Shown here piece after piece: positions 17,984-26,218 of a stretch of DNA of 42,129 bases. Numbering within the stretch: position 1 is the stretch's first letter; each line of letters begins with the position of its first letter. Location: contig JAUWND010000002.1 in the NCBI GenBank assembly GCA_030612835.1, forward strand, positions 1 through 42,129, written 5' to 3'. The DNA comes from Candidatus Methanophagales archaeon. Lineage in GTDB: Archaea > Halobacteriota > Syntropharchaeia > Alkanophagales > Methanospirareceae. A model generated the notes under the pieces. It was not told the origin of the DNA, made no database searches, and saw nothing but the letters and a program-made list of their open reading frames with translations. Both the position numbers and the translations under genes were made by a program.

Positions 17984-18367
17984 ATGGCTGTTATTAGCAT
18001 TTCATTAAATGATAAACTGTTAACGGAGATTGATCAGCTTCAGGAAGAACTCGGGTTCTCTGGGCGGTCAGAAGTGATACGGGCAGGAGCGAGGATGCTG
18101 CTCGCGGATAATAGAGAGAAGGAGAAGTTAGAAGGCAGGTTGAATTCCGTTCTTTTGCTCATCCACTCCCAGAAGGTGGAAGATACGGTAACAGTGATAA
18201 AGCATGAGTTTGAGGATATTATAAGTACACAGATTCATAACCACTTACGAGAGGACAAATGCATCGAAGTATTCATATTAGAGGGAGACGCAGCACGAAT
18301 AAAGGATTTGGTTAGGCTTTTCCTGACAACCAGAAAAATGGATTATGTCAAGTTGATCGTGGCATAA
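17984..18367 (+). CDS. nikR: Nickel-responsive transcriptional regulator NikR
   Basis: N-terminal ribbon-helix-helix ([16 protein letters not shown]...[12 protein letters not shown]). C-terminal H-x10-H-x-H-x5-C ([21 protein letters not shown]) matches the NikR high-affinity Ni site spacing. Confidence 0.85.
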   Translation: MAVISISLNDKLLTEIDQLQEELGFSGRSEVIRAGARMLLADNREKEKLEGRLNSVLLLIHSQKVEDTVTVIKHEFEDIISTQIHNHLREDKCIEVFILEGDAARIKDLVRLFLTTRKMDYVKLIVA

Positions 18368-18585
18368 CTTGAACTTTGATATAAAAGGCTATGCGTTATA
18401 GTAATAACATAATAAATTGCTTAAGGCTTGCAATCTCGTTATTTCCGCCTTTTCCGTTTTTCAGCCATATAATTTCTCGCGAGTGCTTCCATCATTTTCC
18501 CTTTCTTCTTCGCTTTCAAGTGACCATCCTCTGTCATCATGTCATCCACTCTTATTTGCGCATCTAAGTTCTACCAATCCCCTTA

Positions 18586-19275
18586 CTACACGTGAACATA
18601 CACAGTAGGGTCTTCTACACCCGCATCTTTGAAGCCTCTACGCCGATGTTGACATGACTCGCAAATACCACAATGCTTCTTCTCACCGAGATAACAGGAA
18701 TAAGACAATTGTAAAGGTGCTTTTACATCTACCCCTTTCTTTATTATCTCCGGTTTCAGCAAATCCACTAAAGGCGCTTTTACCGTTGGCGGCTGGCAAT
18801 AAGAAGCCACCGCTTTCTCCAATACCGCATTATACCTAACAACAAATTCCTTCTCGTTATCGGGATATGACCTCGCCTCCTCTGCATTGAACCCGACGAA
18901 GATAGCATCTGCGGAAATAACTTCTGCAAAAGCACTCGCATTCGCTAAAAGGATTATATTCCGGCATGGTACCCAAGTAGATGGAGTCTCTTTCTCTTCA
19001 TCCAAATTCACTTCTCCGCTTACCGGGACTCTTCTCTTGAGGTCCGTCAACGAGGACCCGCCAAGCACCTTCAAAAATGGTAGTTCCGCAAACTTCAACT
19101 CATTTGCATTTAAATAAGATGCTATTTCTGCTACCGCTTCTTTCTCCCGTGCCTCCGCTCTCTGTCCGTAAGACGCATGGAAGAGGTGCAACTCGTAGCC
19201 TTCTTCTGAGGCTATTGTAGCAGTAACAGTGGAGTCTATTCCGCCAGAACATACGCAAACAGCAATTTTGGTCAT
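18586..19275 (-). CDS. queC: 7-cyano-7-deazaguanine (preQ0) synthase
   Basis: PP-loop CSGGIDSTV. C-terminal Zn site CYLGEKKHCGICESCQHRRRGF. 229 aa. Confidence 0.9.
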   Translation of the reverse strand: MTKIAVCVCSGGIDSTVTATIASEEGYELHLFHASYGQRAEAREKEAVAEIASYLNANELKFAELPFLKVLGGSSLTDLKRRVPVSGEVNLDEEKETPSTWVPCRNIILLANASAFAEVISADAIFVGFNAEEARSYPDNEKEFVVRYNAVLEKAVASYCQPPTVKAPLVDLLKPEIIKKGVDVKAPLQLSYSCYLGEKKHCGICESCQHRRRGFKDAGVEDPTVYVHV

Positions 19276-19337
19276 TTTGCTTAATTTCTATTTCCATTCA
19301 TGATTTATGATACTAAAAAGATATTGTAAGACACCTA

Positions 19338-19362
19338 GGTGCCCCATCATTTCCAGTGGAAG
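19338..19362 (+). repeat. Copy 1 of ~25-nt intergenic motif (ggtgccccatcatttccagtggaag)
   Basis: Matches 24372-24398 (same strand) and 28665-28690 (opposite strand). Contains the palindrome TTCCAgTGGAA. Confidence 0.65.
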
Positions 19363-19370
19363 TTTTTAAA

Positions 19371-19455
19371 CCGTATATCCTTTATATACATTAAAAGGAA
19401 GTTATACCTTATATACCGTATATACTTTATATACCGTATATACCTTATTTATACT
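19371..19455. promoter_or_regulatory. Iterated TATACC-G-TATATAC units (about 16-17-nt period, about 4 copies) upstream of the wHTH gene
   Basis: ccgtatatcctttatatac (19371-19389) and tataccttatataccgtatatactttatataccgtatataccttatttatac (19403-19454). The array ends about 35 nt before the ATG at 19491. Confidence 0.5.
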
Positions 19456-19490
19456 ATGAAAAGGTATAACGAAAAGTAGGTGTGGGGAAA

Positions 19491-19904
19491 ATGGAGGAAA
19501 AAATATTAGTATTTGGAGAAGGGAAGCGCTGGATAGAGTATTTCTCAGAGCTTGATGAAGTGGGCTTGGTGAGAAGCGCACTAGCAAATGTGGTACGAGA
19601 CGACCCCGGTACATTAAGTGTATTACTGCGCACGGCAAGGCCTAGTGGATGTTCCTACGATGAACTAATAAACAAGGTAGGCGATGTAGAAGAAGTTAAT
19701 AAGGGACTTGATAAACTCTTAGATGTTGGAATTCTGACTGCAAAGTGGGAATTCAATAAAGAAGAAAATACTTATGAAAGGAGGTTCTTTAATCGAGGTG
19801 AAATAGCTAAGAATTTTGAGGAATTTTCAGACGTTGATGATAGGGATATCATAGATTATCGTCATAAGCTTTTAAAACGCTTATTCCTGGAAGAGTTTAC
19901 ATAA
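19491..19904 (+). CDS. Small winged-helix (wHTH)-like putative DNA-binding protein
   Basis: AGGTG lies 8 nt upstream of the ATG at 19491 (the track starts at GTG 19482). CSYDELINKVGDVEEVNKGLDKLLDVGILTAKWE looks like HTH plus wing. The 3' end overlaps the convergent 424-aa gene by 24 nt. Confidence 0.55.
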   Translation: MEEKILVFGEGKRWIEYFSELDEVGLVRSALANVVRDDPGTLSVLLRTARPSGCSYDELINKVGDVEEVNKGLDKLLDVGILTAKWEFNKEENTYERRFFNRGEIAKNFEEFSDVDDRDIIDYRHKLLKRLFLEEFT

Positions 19905-21155
19905 CTCATTTACAAAATTTGGTATTTTTGTCTTTTCATACTTATTATCTAAGTATTCCCATTTGCAGTCCAATGAATTTTTTAATTTATCTTTGACTTC
20001 ACTTTTAAGAAAATAATCTTTAATAAATGTCAATATAACCCTCTTAGTCACCTCAAATAATATACAATCTACGCATATATTCTCATATTTCACATTTTTC
20101 GTACAAAGCTCACAAAATCTCTTTTCTAAACCGGAATAATTGCAGCTTCCTATGTTTCCTCTTATAATTTTTGGATTGACTATTGGAATTATCTGAAATT
20201 TTTCTATCATTCCATTTTTAAAGAAGAAAATGAAACGAATCTTGCACTGAAAATTGGAGTTCCCTATACCTATATTCCGTATGTCGTCACTTATCCATTC
20301 TTTACAGGGCAAGTTATAGATAGTTATTTTCTTTTTATCGGGATGATAATACTTAATATCCGGTTCATAGACAGAACCAGATATTTTATTGCTTATATCC
20401 ACCAGTATATACCATATCATTTCATAAGAAAGTGGTTCCTTAAATTTCCCCTCAATTTTCAGATGATCGGGGTCTATAATTTCACCTGTATGTGCTAAAA
20501 AATCTATTATTCTTGTTACATCCTTTATGAATTTTTCCTTTTGTTCTTTATGTCCTATATCTTCATCTTTAATAATAGATGTAATTTTCTCCCCCCATTT
20601 TGCCTCCAATTTTTTCCCCCACTCAGGATTGCTCTCATTCAATAAATATGCACAAATTTTAATGTTCCCTCTTCTGACTAAATCCTTTATGAAATCATCT
20701 GAGGTATTTTTTGATTTATAGCTCGTACCATCTCCATTTTTATATACTTTGGAGATATCTTTCAACGTTTTTTGAGCTTTTTCTAAATTCTCTGAGACGA
20801 TTTCAGAGATGTCATCAAAAAACTTTTTTATGCTTTCTCCATCATCAATAGCATCATCGAATACTATCATCTTCCATTTTTTTATTTCTTGTACATTTTT
20901 AGCACTCCCCAATTTTATCCTTAATTCATTCTTAAATTCTTCATCTGAATATATCTTCAATTTGTATTCTTCTGTTAATTTTTTGTAAATGCCAGTATGT
21001 TCAACAAAAGTATAGCCCTTTCTAAGTAATAATATTAATATTTTGTATTCATGTTTTTTGGCATATCCTCCAAGACTTTCCATAACTTCTCTAATGTCCT
21101 CCTCAAATTCTTCTATTTTTTTTTGAAGTAATTTTGGTATTTTTAGCTGCGTCAT
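19881..21155 (-). CDS. Uncharacterised protein: degenerate PRTase-like N-terminal domain plus C-terminal CxxC-x9-CxxC (Zn-ribbon-like) region
   Basis: YKILILLLRKGY followed by KWKMIVFDDAIDDGESIKK resembles the PRPP-loop pattern (hhhhDDhxxTGxT, here with DGES). Cys338/348/351/361/364. AT-rich, Lys/Ile/Asn-rich. Confidence 0.6.
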   Translation of the reverse strand: MTQLKIPKLLQKKIEEFEEDIREVMESLGGYAKKHEYKILILLLRKGYTFVEHTGIYKKLTEEYKLKIYSDEEFKNELRIKLGSAKNVQEIKKWKMIVFDDAIDDGESIKKFFDDISEIVSENLEKAQKTLKDISKVYKNGDGTSYKSKNTSDDFIKDLVRRGNIKICAYLLNESNPEWGKKLEAKWGEKITSIIKDEDIGHKEQKEKFIKDVTRIIDFLAHTGEIIDPDHLKIEGKFKEPLSYEMIWYILVDISNKISGSVYEPDIKYYHPDKKKITIYNLPCKEWISDDIRNIGIGNSNFQCKIRFIFFFKNGMIEKFQIIPIVNPKIIRGNIGSCNYSGLEKRFCELCTKNVKYENICVDCILFEVTKRVILTFIKDYFLKSEVKDKLKNSLDCKWEYLDNKYEKTKIPNFVNELCKLFQE

Positions 21156-21160
21156 TTAGA

Positions 21161-22846
21161 TCACCCCAGACTATTTACCCAACTAAATAGGATATCGCCC
21201 ATATTAGCATCTTCTGACTTAACTAACTTATCCTCATCAATCCTTATTGTAATAATATCACCCAAAATTTTAAGGTTAGGGACTATATGAAACTCTAACT
21301 TTATTCTCTGGTTATGCCCTCTACTTCTATCAAACGTAAATTGTTTAGCCGTTTCAAGTTTATTTTTGCTGTTTTTCCACTTAAGTATAGGTTTAAATCT
21401 GCTAAATAATTCTTGACCGACTATATCCTTCGGCTCTTCGTACGGGATAACAGCACGAATGTTTTTTATGCCATCAATCGTTCCAATATTCAAATATATC
21501 TTTCTGCAAGGGAATATCCTCACATTTTGGTCCCCCAATGCAGTCACACGATTCCACTCTTGTAGCTCATCGCATAAAATCAAGAATTGGGTTAACAAAG
21601 TGCTAAATATACATTTAATGTCACTGTGGAGAGCAATAGCAACGGAACTTTCTATTATCAAAGCAATCGCTGAAGGATTTGCCTGTCCTATGATAGCGTT
21701 CCTTCCCTGCTTAGAAATTCTGCCTGGAGAAAGAAAAGAACATGCTAAGAGACTCATTGGACCATGATTAAAATCTTTTGCCTTATTTTCTATTATACCG
21801 AGGATACGTTCATCGGATACATACCGTTTTAAGAAAGAAATCAGTTCCTTCATCGCGTCTTCCGCTTTAGACAACAAAGTTTCCTTGTAAATGTTTAGCG
21901 TTCCATTTTCTTTTAGAATGGTGTAAATATCTTCCCTATCAGTTATTTTCCATTTACGCTCCTCCTCACTCCTAGTGGAGGAATCTTTAGAAGGAGAAAA
22001 TCCTTTGGTTTTGAAAATATCCCTCAATTCTTCTGAGATTACACATTGGTTCAAGCTATCTTCGATTTTTTTCACTCTTTTTACATCTATGCCAAACAAA
22101 TATGTTTTCTTTACAGACAAGCCGAGATCATATATCCTATTAATATCTTTAGTAGCTTTAACAGCATCTTCTATTGGCCTTCCAAAATCGTGGTACAAGG
22201 AAGTAAGCATCCACGCTATTAACACGTCTTTAAATTCAATGAGCCTAATATCACCAATCAAATCACTAGTCTCAATGCCTGTTAATAATACTTTAAATTT
22301 TTCTTCGCCAATAATAGCTCTTATATCCTCTCGGAACCGTTTTCTCCAAAATTCTTTGTCGTCATATAAAATATATATGCCTAACAGGAACACTCTGAGT
22401 TGATGAATTATGTTATCTCTCCGGTAATCACTTATTTTGAGAGCGTGTTCTTGAGTCCGCAAAAAATAATCATAGAAATATTTATTAAAACTTCCCAAGG
22501 AGTAATCCATTTTTTTGGTCGCAATCACCCCAAAAATTATTTCATAAATATCTTTTACTATTTCCAATTGATTATCAAATTCATCGTCTTTATCACTAAT
22601 TTTTCTGAACTTCTCCAACAGTTCTATTAATTTGATCTTTTCATCATCTTGCACCCGGTTACTGTCTAGTCCCTCAATCCAAACATTGATTTTCTCCACT
22701 TGCTCATCTCTTATTTCTCCTGTTGCTAGCCCCAAATCTATGCCGATTTCGTTAAAGATGTCTCTATATTCATCGTATTCGTTGTAAAGTAAATTGTAGA
22801 ATCTATTGATCAAGATTCTATCAGAGATTTCAACACTTCCTTCCAT
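21161..22846 (-). CDS. Uncharacterised protein with HD-phosphohydrolase-like motifs
   Basis: NIIHQLRVFLLG (H148), SLYHDFGRP (H219-D220), DFNHGPMS (H361), ALHSD and LILCDELQEW (D426). There is a roughly 130-aa insert between the HD and the later His. AT-rich. The start codon lies inside the pyrE 3' end. Confidence 0.6.
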   Translation of the reverse strand: MEGSVEISDRILINRFYNLLYNEYDEYRDIFNEIGIDLGLATGEIRDEQVEKINVWIEGLDSNRVQDDEKIKLIELLEKFRKISDKDDEFDNQLEIVKDIYEIIFGVIATKKMDYSLGSFNKYFYDYFLRTQEHALKISDYRRDNIIHQLRVFLLGIYILYDDKEFWRKRFREDIRAIIGEEKFKVLLTGIETSDLIGDIRLIEFKDVLIAWMLTSLYHDFGRPIEDAVKATKDINRIYDLGLSVKKTYLFGIDVKRVKKIEDSLNQCVISEELRDIFKTKGFSPSKDSSTRSEEERKWKITDREDIYTILKENGTLNIYKETLLSKAEDAMKELISFLKRYVSDERILGIIENKAKDFNHGPMSLLACSFLSPGRISKQGRNAIIGQANPSAIALIIESSVAIALHSDIKCIFSTLLTQFLILCDELQEWNRVTALGDQNVRIFPCRKIYLNIGTIDGIKNIRAVIPYEEPKDIVGQELFSRFKPILKWKNSKNKLETAKQFTFDRSRGHNQRIKLEFHIVPNLKILGDIITIRIDEDKLVKSEDANMGDILFSWVNSLG

Positions 22847-23504
22847 ACTTCATGAAGTACTCCTTGAAATCTTTTTTCATCTTCTCAGCCACATAAACCT
22901 TACCCTCTATTTCCTTATTCAAAAGGAAATCGAATATCTCGGTTATCTTAAGTATTGAATACATTATTAAGTGTCGCTCTACAAGCAATTTTTTATCTAC
23001 ATCGCTCAATTCTTCTCTATCAACCGCCACGAGGATACCTTTCGGCTTCACATTCCGCACCACCGTCAATTTCGACCACGACTCCGCTTTTGTAGCGCCA
23101 GTTGTGATGACATCATCCACTATTATTACGGTATCTCCGTCTCTCAAATCACCGATAATGAGTTCCTCTGCAGGAACTCCATGTGCCTTCTTCTCCTTCC
23201 TGTCGTAACCCCACCTTTTATCTATTTGATATACTTCGCTCAGTCTTGCTGCCATGAGAGCTGATAGCGGAATACCTTTATAGGCGGCACCATGAATATA
23301 ATCAAAATCAGTGCCTATTTCCGCAATCGCTGCAACATATGCATCTGCCACTTTCACTGCATCTCTTCCAGATCTCATAGCTTCTGCAATATTTATGAAA
23401 TATGGAGAAATGCGCCCACTTTTCAGCTTAAACTCCCCAAACTTTATTGCACCTGTCTGGATCAGATGTAGAAGAAAATCCTCTTTGTATCCCTTCAGTG
23501 GCAT
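22830..23504 (-). CDS. pyrE: Orotate phosphoribosyltransferase
   Basis: GAIKFGEFKLKSGRISPYFIN and PRPP loop TVIIVDDVITTGATK. Overlaps pyrF by 10 nt. Confidence 0.88.
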   Translation of the reverse strand: MPLKGYKEDFLLHLIQTGAIKFGEFKLKSGRISPYFINIAEAMRSGRDAVKVADAYVAAIAEIGTDFDYIHGAAYKGIPLSALMAARLSEVYQIDKRWGYDRKEKKAHGVPAEELIIGDLRDGDTVIIVDDVITTGATKAESWSKLTVVRNVKPKGILVAVDREELSDVDKKLLVERHLIMYSILKITEIFDFLLNKEIEGKVYVAEKMKKDFKEYFMKYGRKC

Positions 23505-24169
23505 CTTTCTATAGCCTCCTTGTAAATTTCCTCTGCTGCTCTTTTAGGATTATCCGCTTCATAAATTGCCCTTCCAACAACTTCATAGTCGGCACCGTTA
23601 ATAATTGCATCACCTGGGTTAGCTCCTTGAGCTTTTATTCCGGGAGATATTACGTACGCATTTTTCACGATTTTCACTAGCTTCTTTACTCTCTCCGGCC
23701 TAGTCGCAGGTAAAACTACGCCATCAACACCTATATCCTCCACCATTTCTGCTATTTTCTCCGAAACTGGCTGAATATACTCATCACTTCCCGGATGTGT
23801 CATCTCCACAACTGCAATCACGTCTCCCAGACCTAAATCAACTATCTCGTTTAATACATCAGAACCGACAAAACCTTGCACTATCACAGCGTCTGCTCCT
23901 GCACCATAAGCGTTTTCTGCTATTTTTCTGCTTATGTAAGGGATATCAGCAATTTTTCCATCATATATCAGTGGCAAGTCTGAAAACTCTTTTATTTTTG
24001 CTATTATTCCTTTGCCTGTTTGCATCTCAAGTGTTCTCCCAATCTTAATTGCGAAATTGCCTTCCGCTCCCTTTAGATCCTTTGCCAAATTAGCTGCAAA
24101 ATCAACATCTTCCATATCGAATGCTATAATCAGTCCATGCTCCTTTTGCATCCGCATATTCATCACCAT
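23495..24169 (-). CDS. pyrF: Orotidine 5'-phosphate decarboxylase
   Basis: LIIAFDMED, YDGKIADIPY (DxKxxDI motif), ISPGIKAQG. Confidence 0.88.
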   Translation of the reverse strand: MVMNMRMQKEHGLIIAFDMEDVDFAANLAKDLKGAEGNFAIKIGRTLEMQTGKGIIAKIKEFSDLPLIYDGKIADIPYISRKIAENAYGAGADAVIVQGFVGSDVLNEIVDLGLGDVIAVVEMTHPGSDEYIQPVSEKIAEMVEDIGVDGVVLPATRPERVKKLVKIVKNAYVISPGIKAQGANPGDAIINGADYEVVGRAIYEADNPKRAAEEIYKEAIERCH

Positions 24170-24371
24170 TAAGGTTGAGATTACAAATTAATAAATAAAT
24201 TGCTATTTCTTCTTCCGCTTTTTAGTAAGGAACTCCAGATTCAACACGTAGAATGAGATGCTGTTGATAGATTTTTAAAGAAAAGTGTAATGGCTAAGGC
24301 GGGATAAGACAAGGGGCTATCCCTACTTACTGGTATTTTCTTCCCGATGTTTCTAGATCAATTACTATACC

Positions 24372-24398
24372 CGCACACCCCACCATTTCCACTGGAAT
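24372..24398 (+). repeat. Copy 2 of ~25-nt intergenic motif (cgcacaccccaccatttccactggaat)
   Basis: Lies in the divergent pyrF/larA-like intergenic region. See copies at 19338 and 28665. Confidence 0.65.
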
Positions 24399-24476
24399 TG
24401 TCATTCTTATATGTCGTGAGGGTCCCGTATAATATTTAGGAATACAATCCTATTATTAGCTATAAATAAAATTACT

Positions 24477-25715
24477 ATGACAAAAACACAAATCCCCTAC
24501 GGCTCGAAGCTGATAGAGATCGACATAGAAGGAGAACTATTAGACCCTATCGACAAAAGTGTTGGCAAAACCAAAAACCGCGATGTAATAAAACACGCAC
24601 TCCAAAATCCTATTGGTACAAAACGGCTACGAGAGATAGTAAATACGCAAAAAGATACGGCGATTGTAATTGTCGTGGACGACCACACGAGGGACGCCCC
24701 TACCGAGAAGATGCTTGATGGTTTAATTGAAGAAATCGGGCATACCGACCAGATCACCGTGCTCGTGGCTTGTGGTACACACCCCCCACCAACAGAGGAA
24801 GATTTAAAAAGTATACTTGGTAAACATCTCTCTCGCTTTGATGTGGAGATTCATAATTGCGATGCACAAGATCTGGTATACGCAGGTACGACAAGTAGAG
24901 GGACGCCAGTGAGTTTAAACCGGACTTATATGGACGCAGATATAAAAATTCTAACGGGCGATATAACTCTGCATTACTATGCTGGATTTGGAGGCGGACG
25001 AAAGAGCGTACTCCCGGGTATATCTTCACGCGAGTCGATAAAAAGGAATCATGCTCTCCTTGTTGATGAACAAGCTAAAATAGCTAATACTGAAAATAAT
25101 CCAGTACATTTAGACATGTGTGAAGCAGCATCATATGCTCCGCCTGACTTTGTGCTAAATGCAGTCGTCGATGCATCGGGGGATCTGATAGAAGGATATG
25201 CAGGAGAGTTAAATGCAGTGTTTCTTAAAGGTGCTGACGCGGCTAAGGACCTGTACCTACGTAAAACCACTAATTTATTTGACGTTCTTTTGGTTAGTGC
25301 CGGTGGATTCCCAAAAGATAGGAACTTGTACCAAGCCACAAAGGCTATTGAAAATTGCTTTCGGGTAATAGTCCCGGGTGGGAAACTGATTTTAGTAGCA
25401 GAAAGCCGTGAGGGAATAGGTGACCAATATTTTGAAGAGTGGATGAACAAATATGCAAGCTATGAAGAAGTAGAAGAGGCAATAAAAGCGAACTTTGTAC
25501 TTGGAGGACATAAAGCATATTATATAAGAAGAGTAATGAAGTACTTACAACTGTCTCTTGTATCAAATCTCGACACAGAGACGATAAAGAGATGGGGAAT
25601 AAATGCCTATACGTCTGTATCGGATGCAGTTAAAGAAGAAATAAATATAAACGATAAGATTAAAGTGGGTATAGTCAAAGATGGTAAGGATACTTTAATA
25701 GTTCCTGCACTATAA
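24477..25715 (+). CDS. LarA-family (nickel-pincer dependent lactate racemase-like, DUF2088) protein
   Basis: VVDDHTRDAPTE, ACGTHPP, LHYYAGFGGGRKSVLPGI and a downstream His. About 412 aa. Confidence 0.75.
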   Translation: MTKTQIPYGSKLIEIDIEGELLDPIDKSVGKTKNRDVIKHALQNPIGTKRLREIVNTQKDTAIVIVVDDHTRDAPTEKMLDGLIEEIGHTDQITVLVACGTHPPPTEEDLKSILGKHLSRFDVEIHNCDAQDLVYAGTTSRGTPVSLNRTYMDADIKILTGDITLHYYAGFGGGRKSVLPGISSRESIKRNHALLVDEQAKIANTENNPVHLDMCEAASYAPPDFVLNAVVDASGDLIEGYAGELNAVFLKGADAAKDLYLRKTTNLFDVLLVSAGGFPKDRNLYQATKAIENCFRVIVPGGKLILVAESREGIGDQYFEEWMNKYASYEEVEEAIKANFVLGGHKAYYIRRVMKYLQLSLVSNLDTETIKRWGINAYTSVSDAVKEEININDKIKVGIVKDGKDTLIVPAL

Positions 25716-25727
25716 GGAGTAAGTAGC

Positions 25728-26162
25728 ATGGTTAATCTAGCAAAACAGAAGAGGATAGCGGCAAAGGTGATGAAGGTCGGACTAGGGCGAGTATGGATCG
25801 ACCCAGAGGCGACAGGAGATGTAGCTGAGGCTATTACGCGGGAAGATATTCGAGGCTTAGTAGAAGAAGGCCTCATAAAAAAGAAGCAGAAGAAAGGTGT
25901 TAGTAGAGGTAGAGCAAGGGAAGTAGCGATTAAAAAAGCTCTTGGACGCAGAAAAGGTCATGGCTCCAGGAAAGGTGCAAAAGGAGCGAGAAGAGGAAAA
26001 AAGAAAGTGTGGATAACAAAAATAAGGGCTTTACGAAGACAATTAAAAGAGCTTCGGGATGAAGGGAAGATAGACAAAACAACGTATCGTAGGTTATATC
26101 TTAAAGCTAAAGGAGGCGAATTCAAAAGTATAGCTCACTTAAATGAATTCATAAAAGTGTAA
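25728..26162 (+). CDS. rpl19e: 50S ribosomal protein L19e
   Basis: [24 protein letters not shown], with a basic middle region. Confidence 0.92.
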   Translation: MVNLAKQKRIAAKVMKVGLGRVWIDPEATGDVAEAITREDIRGLVEEGLIKKKQKKGVSRGRAREVAIKKALGRRKGHGSRKGAKGARRGKKKVWITKIRALRRQLKELRDEGKIDKTTYRRLYLKAKGGEFKSIAHLNEFIKV

Positions 26163-26218
26163 TGCGTAGAAGTAAAATTATATTAACGAAGTTTAATGTA
26201 AAAAAGGAAAGATAAAAG

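Noticed and set aside
18439-18540. 33-aa basic mini-ORF (MMTEDGHLKAKKKGKMMEALARNYMAEKRKRRK) downstream of queC on the minus strand
   Set aside because: The SD-like sequence is weak, the ORF is very short and there is no recognisable family. It cannot be distinguished from chance.
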